Assembly: GCA_030295235.1 (NCBI GenBank)
Contig: AP026135.1
Location: 620,001 to 684,000, forward strand
Source: Fistulifera solaris
Taxonomy: Eukaryota
DNA: 64,000 bases
Reading direction: 5' to 3'
In this document: in pieces, positions 1-12,631 of the stretch
Layout: each line of letters starts with the position of its first letter
Numbering within the stretch: position 1 is the first letter of the stretch
Position numbers and translations under genes: made by a program
The notes under the pieces: generated by a model
What the model was told of the DNA's origin: nothing
Seen by the model: only the letters and a program-made list of their open reading frames with translations
Databases searched by the model: none

Positions 1-1449
1 CGAAGCCATACTGGGTATTGTCCGCCCCAGATCACTGTGCACAAACTCTTTAACGTACGTTCCAGCCGTTGTGGAAATTTGGAGTTGAAAATGGTGCTCG
101 TCAATGACCGTCGCCTGATACGAAAGGACGTACCGTGTGCGTTTGATGTTGCTACGTCGGTGGAGCACCCGAATGGGGGTAGCTTGCTGGATTTTTAAGG
201 GAAAGAGTGCCGTGAACTTATTCAGTATTTCTTGCGTCACGGGTTTGGCACTCCAACAATAACAGCCATAATATTTGACCTTATCTTCTGTTTCAGTTTG
301 TAAATTCTTGTAAGATGAACTAGGGCAAAACGCCAGTTCCGGTGCAATCCCCACTCCCAAAGGGTTGGTGCCGTACGATCGATGCGACGGCGACTCGTCA
401 CCATCATTAATACCACGAACAATTTTTGGCAAAGTTACCGTCGGCAAAGGCATTTCCAATGCATCCGTCACTTCGCACACAAATGGTCTCCCCGTGATAT
501 CCGAGTTTGGCTCGCTCGGTAATAACATTTTGACATCCATGTCTTCCCTACCCGACGCATGAAATTTGCACTTGCCGTAGACCAGATTCGAATCCTCGTT
601 ATTATTGCTGGTGGAGATCCCACCGACATGTTGGGTCAGAATGGGTACAATTTGCTCCTCGACGGACGTGACCCCTCGTTTACGCGTTACACCCGCATCC
701 ACCACCACAAAGGGAGTTTGGGATACATCTCGTCGCGTTTTCGTATAACAACTTTTGACGTAAAAAGGTCTTCTCCAAACAGCAACATGAATTTCTACAT
801 CGGTAAGTGCTTCGTCTTTCGGAGGATCCCACGCACCTTCGACCGGCTGTGTCGAACTGTTGATGGACCAGACGACTTTGCCCTGTTGCTCGATACGTTG
901 TTCGAGATTCTCTCGTGGATCACCTCCTTGCGATACCTCTTCGTAAGTACGCCTTTTTCTCTTTTTTCGTGACTTGTTCTGGTGGGATGTATCCAAGCTA
1001 GGCCGTTTTACGGTGGGTAGGACGACGACCGCGACACTCAAATGCCCTTGTTGCTCATCTTTGACGCAGGAAGGGAATGAGTCGAGTATCTCACTGGTAG
1101 CATAGTCAAGTTCAATACGTTTGAGACACTCGTGTAAAGTGTCTTTCCCATACTGCTTGAGTCGTTGCGTGTAATCGGCACATGCCTTCCGATTTCCACA
1201 ACGGGCCAATCGATAGATCAAATCTCCCGGTAGGTTGATGGTGTTGTTGTCGCTGGAAAATTTCACAAACTGACGGTACGGTTCCACCATGGTTCGTATA
1301 GCATCTTTGAGCCGTTTCGCAAAGGTCTCTTTTTGAAAAACTCCCAAGCAAACAAAACACGTTTGTGTCGTTGCCGTGTCGGTAGTAGGGTGGATGCTTA
1401 GAGCAGTCTGGCACGTTACGCAAAGCGGATACTCGTGTTCGGAACCCAT
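1..1449 (-). CDS. PUS10: tRNA pseudouridine synthase Pus10 (3' end beyond window edge)
   Basis: Translated by hand from ATG 1449. The frame stays open to base 1, so it has no stop and is absent from the ORF track. Pus10 motifs: YTKTRRDVSQTPF, catalytic FHASGREDMDVKML, KIQQATPIRVLHRR, TTAGTYVKEFVHSDLGRT. Confidence 0.93.
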   Translation of the reverse strand, partial: MGSEHEYPLCVTCQTALSIHPTTDTATTQTCFVCLGVFQKETFAKRLKDAIRTMVEPYRQFVKFSSDNNTINLPGDLIYRLARCGNRKACADYTQRLKQYGKDTLHECLKRIELDYATSEILDSFPSCVKDEQQGHLSVAVVVLPTVKRPSLDTSHQNKSRKKRKRRTYEEVSQGGDPRENLEQRIEQQGKVVWSINSSTQPVEGAWDPPKDEALTDVEIHVAVWRRPFYVKSCYTKTRRDVSQTPFVVVDAGVTRKRGVTSVEEQIVPILTQHVGGISTSNNNEDSNLVYGKCKFHASGREDMDVKMLLPSEPNSDITGRPFVCEVTDALEMPLPTVTLPKIVRGINDGDESPSHRSYGTNPLGVGIAPELAFCPSSSYKNLQTETEDKVKYYGCYCWSAKPVTQEILNKFTALFPLKIQQATPIRVLHRRSNIKRTRYVLSYQATVIDEHHFQLQISTTAGTYVKEFVHSDLGRTIPSMAS

Positions 1450-2270
1450 ACGGTGTACAAATTCGTCGAAGGGAGAGAAGACTCGAGCGATCAGGCCTCT
1501 GGTAAAAGGGTAGTTCTATTGATTTCTATGATTGGTGAGATTTGTAATGACACTTTATGTGTTTTGTTTACGGCTTGACGATGGATTCAGAATTCAGATC
1601 CTTTACCTGGTATTGTGCGGTTGCAAACGCGAGTAATTCCGGGACTGAAAGTTAAGTCGTGAGAGAAGTCGAAAACAATGTGTCAGGTTCACGTATCAAC
1701 TTTCAACATGATGATGATTCTTATACCATAACCATCGATAATAATTACTCAACGTAATAAATAATCAGAATGAAGTTCCCGCCTTTTGATCTCCTGTCAA
1801 TTATTGGGCGGCAATGGTTAGTAGGGCAGAGTTTCTCTTTTATAATTGATCCGTTATAAAGTCGCCAGACTTGAGACCCGATTGAGTCGGAGAATCCATT
1901 ATGTTCGTATAGTGCATTTGAAGCAATGTCCACGTGTCTAGATTACCGCGACTACAAATCCAACAAGAGCATCAACACCAGTAACAACTAACAACGCCAA
2001 TAAAAGAATAGTTTGCTCTGCCAAGAATTGGTCGACAGTAGTACCAGGTACAGAGAGCGTTTTCTTTTTTGATCGAAGTGTTCCGGGACTGCAATCCTTT
2101 TGAGTCACGTCAAGACTACACTTTACAGAATAGTGCTCTTCCGTCTTCCGCACCATCGACCATCTGCAGAAAGGATTTCCCGCCACCGTCGAAAATGAAG
2201 AAATAATAATGGTTTTAATTCACTTCATTCTTCGCGTCTAGCAACTATCCATCTAGTTAATGTAATCTTT

Positions 2271-5200
2271 TTGAATGCCGTAATAATGAAACGATTGGGA
2301 GTTTATGGTGCTCCCGTGTCGGCTGTCGCACTCGAAGCTCCGGACCATTGCCTCTGGGGACAAGGATCTTTCCTGCATCGCAACTCTCCAGCCGAAAAAG
2401 GAGAAGACGTCAAAGAAGAAGTAATACTGTTGTTTCCAGGAAACATTCATGGCATTTACTCTGCGGAGCCGGTGTCTATAGCGTTTGGGGGACGGCATCT
2501 GGCCTTTCTGCGATCGCTGCGAGATGCTGCACAGCCTATGCAAGTCCTTTCGATAGAGCTTCAGAAAGGAGATGACACCCCTCTTCTCGAGAACAATTAC
2601 TTGACTCTACCAGACTGGATATGGGATTGTCAATGTCAATGCAACAACAATGATGAGTCACATGCGTCGATGACAGTTACTGTCGCGCTCGCACATGGCT
2701 CGGTGCAGCTATGGAAATTGCAACTCGGACCGAGCGCGAAAAGCGTTCAACTCCAACTAATACAAACGATCACGTGTCAGCCGCCGTCACTAGTACAAGC
2801 CTTACGAATATGCTATAAACAAGTCGCCATGGCACAAGATGGTGCCATTCTAGTATGGTCACTCGACCATCCAACGCGCGTCTCGACCATAAAAGTACCC
2901 GTTGCCGGGACGATGCATGCACTGCGTTTCGACGATTCCGGTGAACGTTTAGCATCAGTATCGAATGATCGGAGTGTGCGTTTGTGGGAATATCATCCAG
3001 ATGAGAAGTGGCAAGAGAGATGGACTGTTTGGGGTCATACGGCACGGGTTTGGGATGTCGCTTTTGTGCAGCAGTATGTTGTGTCAACTGGTGGTGACAA
3101 TACAATTCGACTGTGGAGCGCCGAGAGCGGAACTGCATTGCATCTTTGGTATACACAACGCTGTATGCGGTCGCTGGATACTTGCGATACGTGGATTGCA
3201 GCAGGGGGAGAGGATGGGACCGTTGTCACTTATAATGTCGATGCGTTTCGCCGACCTGTTTTAGATTACGCGGCTCATTCGACAAGCCACAAAGTATCAT
3301 CTTTGCCGAATAGCAACATCTGTCGATTCACAGTACCCGATGATCGACCGGTAATCCCTACTCAATCATCAGGTGAAAACGGCGAAGAAACAAGTGAGGC
3401 GATGACCAAGTCTGCACTCGAATCCATGGCCAAGAAGGGAATAAAGCAAAAGAAGATCAAGGGATCAAAGCAAGTACTCGTCGGCACTGGATTCTGCACC
3501 CTGGAAACTCAACTATCCATGTTAGTTGTGACTCGTGTGGGTTCCTTGTTTGTTTTGGGCCTGAAAACTGGTAGTTGGTCGCAGCAAGCTGACTGGGAAA
3601 CGAGTCAGACTGCGAAAGACGGCTGCTGTATGAAAACTCATCCTGATCTTCCCATCGTGGCCATCGGAGATACGAATGGACGTATAGCAATTGTTCAGAT
3701 AAACAATCCTTACGGAGCAATGGCTACCAAGACAACTCTTGACGATGCATCGCACTACAGAGTCATTCAAGCAATGGAATGGATCAATTCCACCACCTTG
3801 TTGACGTATCACATTAATGGAGTGATTTTCTGGAATTTCAATCAGCTCAATTCCGCGGAGATTTCGCCCGACTCGTATTATTGTCTCGTACTGGAAACGC
3901 ACACGAAAGGAATGGTTGTATGTGGGGCTTTCAACAAAGAACGGAATTTATTCGCAGCGGGCGACACGAGAGGGAATTTAATACTTTTTGAGCTGGAGCA
4001 AAGATTAAAAGGCCCGGCAAAGAGCCACTTCATCCAGTTTCGTGTCTACCTTACTGTCATCGTAAAGAACACATCAATGCACTTGCGTGGGTAAACCAGA
4101 ACAAGATACTTTCCGTCGGAAATGATGGCTGCATTGCGGAAACGTTAGTAACTATAGATTGCAAGCTGGAACCGCTCATGTCTGTTCCTTGCAGACAGTT
4201 AACAGCAACCACTCACATTTTTCAGCAAACAAAACAAGGCCCGCAAACGAAAGCCTCGGGTGTTGAGCACACGCATGAATCTTGTCGCTTTGGAGATATA
4301 TTTATCGGGGGATACTTGGGAAACCGATTTTCGCTCTTGGATGCAAGCAGCGGATATGAGTTAGCCACTGTCAACACCGGTGGTCGTCAAAGGTCATTAC
4401 AAGTTCACTTGCCTTCAGGGTTACGTCAAACATTTTTGACTGCTGTTCGGGAAAGTAGACCCGATGGTAAAATCGATATCGTGATTGCCACTTGTGGCGT
4501 GCACAAAGAGGACGTGAGAGGCCATTCAGAGGAGTCCGATATAAAAATATCTTCCGTGCATGGGATCCCTCTTCATAATGATTCAATCTTTGGGTTATGT
4601 CTTTTCCCAGTAAATGCAAGCTGTCAACAGACAGCAGTTATTTCCGCGAGTGAAGACTGTTACACTACGACTTCCATCTTTCAAGATGAGAAGCTCGTGG
4701 CGGTAAAGCGTTTACCCCCATTGTTAGTGGAGTACGAGCTGTTTGCAGTAGCAGCTCTGTGGAGGGTCGGCACTTACTCGCATGTGGTGGAGGCCAATTG
4801 GAAATCATGTTTTATATCTGCGACGGTAACCATCACGACGACAGTCTCTTTCCGCTACTTTCATTCATCGGGTGCGGCGTTCCATCGGAAAAGCAGCTGA
4901 TCGATCAAAGAATTAATGCTATGAAAGCTGTCTTCTTGACTGGGACGGCTTTTGAATCGAGGCACTTGGTGGTGACTGGTGACTCGGATGGAGCTTGTTG
5001 TATGTATTTTGTAGCCGAGGAGAAAAGTAGGAGGACGATGGGGTACACATTTTTTCGTTCAGAAAGACCCATCCTTTCAGTTGAAATTTGGAAAGACGGT
5101 GATGCTAGTTTTATTATAGCTGGGACTACAAACGGCTTTTTGTATGTTTTCGAGGCGAGCGAGAAGCTCCTTCTTGACGTAGCGAAAGAAGGGACCCATC

Positions 5201-5655
5201 TGCGCCCTATCCTGACGTACCGAGGCCATTCGATGGGTACGAATGCAATCGCCGCTTGTATGACGCCGCTCAGCAAAACTAAGACACTCAGAATAGCGTC
5301 TGTCGGGGATGATCAAGCTATTTGTTGTTGTGACATCGTGAAGGATTCGCAGGACCAGGCTGTTATTGTGTCGAAAATTGTGAAACCAGAAGCAAGCTTG
5401 TCGGCTTTAAAAGGAGTAGAGTGGACAAGTGATCGCACACTGGTTACGGTTGGATACGATCAGCGAGTTGTAAATTGGAAAATCACAGATGAAATTGTGC
5501 CTCTATCTGTCACGCAAGTAAGTATCGGAGACGTCAATTGCCTCGGAAAAGGCAGAGGACCACGAGGAACTGTGGTCGCGGTCGGCGGAGCTGGTGTGGA
5601 ATTGATTACAATAGAAGATGATCAAACTGACAATGCAATAGATAGAATAAAATAG
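2271..5655 (+). CDS. WDR6: WD40-repeat protein, WDR6/Trm734 (Rtt10)-like tRNA methylation cofactor; two apparent frameshifts (~4010-4022, ~4715-4720)
   Basis: ORFs 2271-4094, 4178-4900 and 4759-5655 join by single-base shifts. WD repeats include LASVSNDRSVRLW, GHTARVWDVAF, YRGHSMGTNAI, IASVGDDQAI and LVTVGYDQRV; the ~1100 aa length fits WDR6. Confidence 0.75.
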
Positions 5656-5685
5656 AAGTAATGTTTTGTACAAGCTATTGCTTAC

Positions 5686-6772
5686 TCAAGCCTTTTCGGC
5701 TTCAACTATAAACATAGGGTCCCGATAGCTATTGTTCGGGACGGTCGCTGTAATGTCGAACGCTTTTCTCGGTTTGAATCCACCTGCGTATTGAAAGTAA
5801 CCATTAATTAACTCCAGGTGTTGTCGATCATTCATGTTTAACCACATCGCAATAGCTTTCGTTGGAAAACACCGATTCGACTGACTGATAATAACCTTGC
5901 CACCAGATCGAAGCACGCGACGACACTCTTTCAAAATGGCAATAGGATCAACCATGTAATCGATAGAGACAACGCAAGTCACCACATCAAAAGATTCATC
6001 CGGATAAGGTATGACAGGATCCAAATTCAAGTCCTTCGCTTTATAGCCACCCGTGAGCTGATCATTGTACTGCAGTTCCAAGCCATTAATACCTGTTGCG
6101 CAGATTGTTTTCATCGTTTTTGGAAATTCGAGCGGGTAATGAGAAACCCACGACGAACAAATATCCAGAATCCGTGAGCCCTTTGGAATATTGTTGCGAT
6201 AGTATTGCGTCAAAGCAGCGACGGCAGGTTCATCGATGTGATAAACCAGTTTGGGCACCGTGTAAAAATAGCCATCATCGTTGGAATCGGATCGGAAGAA
6301 GTCTTCTGGCGTGAATGGAGGTTGCTCCGGCCATTCTTTGACCAGTGATACGGGTTTCACTGGGAACTGATACGGTGTCGAGTCTCCGGTAAACCTACGA
6401 ACAAGGACTCCTCTAGTTCGCGGATTTCCGTCTAATATACGGACAATTGGAAAGCAAACATGAGGCAACTCTTCTCAATCATCGCACAGTTTTACAAATC
6501 TTCTTACCTTTATCCTCTCCGTACTTCATTTGCAGCTCCGAGTCAAGGTAGCGAGGCGTTTCTTTTCGCCCTCCGAAGCTCATTCTTTCGAAAACGGATG
6601 CCTCGCACTCCTCAGGGTTTCCTGTCACAACGGAAGACGACAACAAGAAGGCTGTCGCTGACGATGAGAGAAATTTCGCTCTAGATTGCGATGAACAAGA
6701 CCATCCCTTGGTGCGACTGAAGACTAAAATTAGAGAGAGTAGTAATTTTTGAAGATGGCTCGACTTTTTCAT
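5686..6772 (-). CDS. Class I SAM-dependent methyltransferase (Methyltransf_11-like), probably plastid-targeted; intron 6432-6507
   Basis: Exon 1 carries a signal peptide (TKG-WSC). A GTAAG...TAG intron of 76 nt restores EDK-D-GNP. Motifs FYTVPKLVYHID, ILDICSSWVSHYP, FDVVTCVVSIDY and SNRCFPTKA. Confidence 0.85.
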
Positions 6773-6881
6773 GTTTTATTGGTTTCTTTAGTCGAAAACT
6801 GAGTGGATTTTATGATTGTTACTTTTGCTTTGCAATGAAAGCCGTCCGCTTTTTTTATCGTAATGGTAAATGGTAAAGCTT

Positions 6882-6902
6882 GACGACGACGACGACGACG
6901 AC
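6882..6902 (+). repeat. (GAC)7 microsatellite upstream of the methyltransferase gene
   Basis: Direct read: gacgacgacgacgacgacgac. Confidence 0.85.
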
Positions 6903-7149
6903 CATCCTCAATCATTTCTCCTGATAACGCGTTGCGTACTCTGATTACATCTTGTCGCAGCAAGACTGCAAGACTATCTCTAATAGTTTGAAACATCCTC
7001 AAAAGTGCGTACCGATGCAGAAAAATCCAAAATCTGGGAGGCCTTACTGATGTAATTTCCGTGGTTACCTTGGAAAAAACAGCCAAATGTCATTTTCAAA
7101 GAAGAACCGTGCTCTTGGGTTCTGTAGAATATGCTCGTTAAGCTTTACA

Positions 7150-8613
7150 GTGAACAATTCGTGACACCGCGGTGGACATGGGCCGTTCCTTCCTAGTTTG
7201 GAGGTCGCTGAGGCTTTGCTTCTTTGTAATCCAAATACTTCCTGTGCCGTGTCGCTCACATTCCTCTCCGATGGAAGGCTCTCTGATGCTGCTATCGAAT
7301 CAGGTATGGGGAAGTACAAGTGCTACGAAATCATTGAGAACAAAGTCGGTGACTTGGCCAAGAAGTTTGGAAGGAGACTCACGTTCAAGGCAATCGCAAT
7401 TGGGGATTACGACAACTTTGATATGCTCAAACGGCTGGTAGATGCCGCAGATGATTATGGGGGCCATGCAGACTTTTGTCTTCCATCTATGACTTCTTCT
7501 GCCTTAGGAGAGGTCTTCTCATCCGTGGCCACCTCAATCTCCTCGATTCAACTCGAGTTGACTGACGCGATAACGAAGAAACAACGACAAGTCCGCAATG
7601 TTAGTCGCGAGTCTAAAAGTAAAACAGGGCAAAATTCTAAGGGTTTCATGTCATGACTTTTGGATCTACGCTCAAGATCAAATAACATGAAAGATCTATA
7701 GAGAATGGGTCGAAATGGGTTCAGAAAAAAGCGTATATAATGGTCACGAATGTGAAAAAACGGTGTTGCAACATCCAAAAGCTCGGTATGTAGCATTCTC
7801 TAAGAATCAATTTGGTGAAGGTGCGGAAAGGATTGCGCATCGATTCTTTGAACTCGCAGCGGACTTTCGGACGATTGTCGGCAAAGCCATGGTTCCAAAG
7901 GAAAGCCGCTTGATTCTAGATGATTCCGATGAGAAAGCTCAAAAATAATTTACTGCAACCTTTTGTGGGAGAGTTCAACGACAAAATGAGAGAATCAAAT
8001 CTTAATGCGCAAACGCCAACAGTCAGCTTCCTAGATTGCTCGATCTACGAGCTGTACGATTACAACTTAGGAGTATTGAGTGTCTTGGTTGCAGACAAGC
8101 TTGATCAGAGAAAGTGACAGAAATGGAATTCCAACAATGGTTTCGTCGAGGGGATGAAAAAGCCGCCTGTTTTTCGGAAGAAAGCCTACGTCAAGCTGAG
8201 ATGAAAATGACTCGAATCGCTTTTTTTTGAAGGTGACGTTATAGAAGAAGGTAGCGAGGAGGAGGAAGAAGATTCGGAAGTGGAAGAGTCACTCCATGGA
8301 AAGAGCTCTTTAGTGTTCACTCCATTTGAAGTTGCACAGGCTTTCTCACAGTACAGTTACTTGGCGTCGGGAAGAAAGCGACTTGTTTGTTTTAATTTTC
8401 TCAGACCCTGTTATACTACCACAACCCTCGTGTTTATGCAAGCTGGGAAAATGTTCACGGAAGGACCGACCACGGCAAGAAAGGAATGAACAAATTTTTC
8501 ACACCCATGCTCATTATTGTGGACCATTGTGCAGGATTGTAAACCGAGGATTCCAAAAAGTCGATAAGTTCGAGACGAATGATCCCGATGAAGGCGACTG
8601 TAAGATAAGCTGA
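7150..8613 (+). pseudogene. Degraded vWA + alpha-kinase (eEF2K/MHCK family) gene
   Basis: Fragments in several frames: vWA LTFLSDGRLSD; kinase FGEGAERIAHRFFEL, PKESRL, VSFLDCSIYEL, KWNSNNGFV, VAQAFSQYSY, FSDPVI, GRTDHGKKGM...HTHAHYCGPLC. In-frame TGA at 8115-8117, the DLQG catalytic segment is absent after RLVC, and the 5' part is missing. Confidence 0.8.
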
Positions 8614-9126
8614 ACCCACTCTCATACAAGCTTTTAGAAAACGCCCCATCAATAGTCTTGGCTTATTACTTCGTTCTGCCGTCGTCTTGTGGCCTGGGTC
8701 CCCACTTAGCTTTATCTTCTGGAATGTGCGAACGACTAAAAGGTCTTTTTAGACGATACAATGAGTCCTAATGATAGCTCCCTACTTCCGGGCCAATAAT
8801 TCATAGCCAGAGCATGGCGAGGACGATTGGCGGGTTCCATTTTCCCTTTAAATGCCCGCTAATTGAGAGATTCCAGCTTGCAATCTTACGTCCATGGCAT
8901 TGATAACTAGAATAAATAGGTAATAGAAAGACGGATACTTGCTTCGCGTATGAAACGTGACTATCTTTGCATTCTATTTAGATCAAACTTCACATAAGAA
9001 GTTGCCATTCTAACCTAATCCACAACGACTCAAAGAAAAGTGCCAAAACTTGCTTGACGAAGAGCGTGCTGATCGGAGCGCAATATCGCGAAAGTATAGT
9101 GCGCTCGTGGTATTGAACAAATTTTG

Positions 9127-11468
9127 TTACTCAATATCGAAGCCTGTGGCCACCATCGTGACAGCTAACTTCAGCTTTTCTCGAAGTTCATCTTTTGTCT
9201 CGTACATGGGCAAGTCGATGCGATTGAAGCACGTGTGCGCACGCGGATATAAACATACTCCCACATGTACGCCGTGAATGGTAAACTTGCGGATATTTCC
9301 ATCATTCCCTTGCAGCACGCCAAAGCCACGCGCAGGCACACCAGATGTACCCGTCACAAACTGTAAGAGACGCGCCTTCATCTCCTGATCAAACTCATCC
9401 ACAACCTCCCAAAACCAGTGGCAAGTCGGATAGTCTCCATTGACGTGTTCGTATTCTCCAGAATATTCCGTATGCTCTCGCCAATCGTCCATGTCTATTT
9501 TCGGCAAGCCACACATTAGCAACTCGATTTCCTGGAAATCGAAAACTGTCAACAACGGCTCGGGAATGACATCGAAGAACCCTAACAGTAGCTCTGTTAA
9601 TTGATCCTTCACTCTATCCATCATTCGATACCGTAAGCACGCTTCAAGATATTCTGGAAAGTTGTCGTTGGTTACTTCGATATTTGATCCGCCTGGTACA
9701 AGATCTACTTCCTCCTTTGCACCCATAAATTCCTGTGTCGTGGAGAAATCCAAACAAAGCATTTCTAGATCTTCCCCATTTTCGTGTAAGTCTTTTAGCT
9801 GCTTCAAGTTCTGATGATATTCTTCGTCTATGGTGGCAATATCTTTAAAAGTGATTGGCCAACCCAGTAAATGTTTGTATATATATTGTACCATGTGCCC
9901 ATTGACTAGTTGCATTTCAAAAAGTGCCTTGCCCATGACTCGACCAAGGAATCGATAGTAAACAAGATAATCGTCGCACACAAATTCTGCAAGACAAAAA
10001 CAGAACGGATTGTGAGACCTTCGAAATTTCGAACCCGTGAAAACGAAAGCACCACCCCTGACTTACTAGATGCAGGATTGATTTGCATGCACATTTGGTT
10101 CGTTTCACTGCTCATCCAGAGACCCATGTCAGGATCGAAAATTTCTTGCGTCACTAGTTCAAACCATTCTCGCGTCAACCCACCGGCATCAATTCCCATT
10201 TCACCAATAAATTCAAAGCGCCACACTTTTCGAAGATCTTTCCGATTCAAAGACATGACGGCATCTACGGAATCCTCTAGCAAGAAATTACGACGGACAT
10301 TGATTCGCATGTGCCCTTCACTCCATTCCACTCGCAGTTTTTGACATTTTTCTTGGAACCAAACTGCCTTTTCTTCAAAACCTTTGACTTGAGCTTCGGC
10401 GATTTCACTGTACGAAACAAGCACTTCGCCATTGTAAGCTTTGACACGTGAATCGACAAAGGCATCGCTGGCGGGCACCAGTGTCATGACTCCATCACGG
10501 ACGCGCTCGTCGCCACCTGGTTGGAACGTAAGTTTGCGTACATAGGCCGACTTTTCGGCATCAAAACGAGTATTGGTGTCAATATCACCATTGTCGTCCA
10601 TACGAACCCACTGAAATTTCATGTCCGAAACGCGAATTGTTCGTGTCCAGCCGTCTTTATCGTACGAGAGCTTGATCTCGACAGCCTCACTACGGGGCTT
10701 ACGTTTGGTGGTGAGAGCTTTCGGTAATTTGAATCGAATTCGCTGACCGGGCCCTGCATTCAAAGGACACGTGACCAGAACACGGACACCCGCCGCGAGC
10801 AAGGCAAACGATTGACCCGGTTTGACTCCTTGCGGCACTTGTACTTCAAACAATTGCGTCTCTTCGTCCGCCATCAATTTTCGTTTACTATCCGGATTCC
10901 CTGATATACCGACCGATGATTCGACATCGTCCGGAGGCGGTGGAGGCGGAACAATCCGTACTTTGGTTCCTGGAGCGGCGTTCGGAGGACATGTCACCAC
11001 GAGCTGTTGACCCTGAATGGTGACCGGAAATTGACTCCCACCGCGAATTCCTTCTGGTATCGTAACCATATAGGCTGGGGGTCCTCCGTCTCTGTCTTCT
11101 ACAGGGCATACATTCGGACTATCAGGGGGCAGTGACTTATTTGCTGCACCAGCATTTGGCTTGTTACTGTTGTTGTTGTTGCTGCTTTCGTTGGGGTCTA
11201 TCGGAACGGTAATTTGCAGGAACTGTCCAGGCTGACTATTGGGCGGACATTTCACTCTTACTATCCGATTCCCTGCATAAACCTGGAACTCCTGACCCGG
11301 TTGGACACTGTCAGGTATCGGAACACGAAAAACAGTTGATTTTCCGTCAGCGGAAACCGTTCCCCCGCCCGATCCTTTTGACTTTACGTTGACATTTGGT
11401 GAAGAGTTCGCCCGGTTCTTTGTATTGTTGCTGGGTCCAGAAGACCCCTTCTTAAATAGTCGCATCAT
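9127..11468 (-). CDS. HECT-domain E3 ubiquitin ligase with three N-terminal VP-G/CP repeats; intron 9987-10066
   Basis: HECT motifs FIGEMGIDAGGLTREWF, LLQFVTGTSGVP and catalytic PRAHTCFNRIDLP. An 80-nt GTAAGT...GCAG intron joins the two ORFs in frame. Confidence 0.92.
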
Positions 11469-12631
11469 TTTCTTGTATTTTGTTTCGATTCAATCGTCAA
11501 AAATATGAAAATCTGGCAGAGAGACCCGTAATTCCCTCTTGGCAATGTCAATGTAATGATGAGTTAATTCGGAAGCAGATACCTCTTTCGTTTAATCTGC
11601 CCCTGTAACTCGTTTATGAATAAACCGCTTCAAAGATTGCTTTCAATAATCTTTAGAAAAAAGACGCGAGAAAGACTTGTTGCAGATGGTGTTAATAATA
11701 GTGCTTGTTCATCCCGGTCTTTTTTTCCGAAAGGGAGTGCCGCAAGCAAGATGGCCATTTACAAGAAATCCTCTGCTATGAGCTATGAGAGCTCGGAGAC
11801 GCCAACGACCAACGACATGATACTTGTACATGATCAGTTGGCTTTTCGAGTCTTTTGATCCCCAAACCGTCTACTTTTGATGTCATAGTCATTCTTGTTT
11901 TCGTCGACCGAAGTCTGATTTTTTGCGGACGATTTACGGTCGACGGTCGGTCGGGGTAGTCTTTCCCGTCTGTCTGTCGACGGGAGGCGCATATTTAGCT
12001 GTAGTTTAGGCACGAACAAAAATGCCAACTGGCTATCCATTGTCAATTACTGACGCAACAACGTGATTGAGAAGAAAGATGGAGTGGTGCCAGGTATTCG
12101 TGCGAAATAGACCCAAGAATGAGCGCAATTTTGGCATGAATCCAATATCCCGGTGACCCCTACACCGATAGATTGATTTCCTACTAGGCCAACGTGAGAA
12201 GGCGTAGGAAGAGTGGAAACTTCTGTTCTGACTCCCATAAAGGTTAGTAGTCATGTGCTGACATGAATCTAGACAATTGTGATGCGTATTGAAGGTGCCA
12301 TTCAAGCAAGAGATACACAAAAGGAGGGCTACTGAAGAAGACGCCCAATTTAGAGACACTCCATATCCGGGTATCCTACATTGATTGTCGATAAACTTCC
12401 TGCGAGGTCAGTGAAAGTAGCGTACCGGTAGTCAAAATTTCCCGCCGGAAGTGCAGGCGAGAAGCACGACAACAAAACCTGTTCACACATCATCATTATT
12501 CATTCATATCACTGCTTTCATCCATTTCACTCTCATCTGCGGTAACACGGCACAGAGAATAGCATCTCTGTATCGCTCGGCATAATAATCAATACTGATT
12601 CACTGCTCGTTTGCGAAGAAAGAAGCAACAT

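Noticed and set aside
559..1423. Track ORFs 559-972(+) and 1112-1423(-)
   Set aside because: Shadow frames of the PUS10 reading frame, which the track omits because it has no stop inside the window.
2175..2186. E2F-like TTTCCCGC upstream of WDR6 (also ~12438 before the SAM carrier)
   Set aside because: An 8-mer seen twice, in front of genes with no clear cell-cycle link; not distinguishable from chance.
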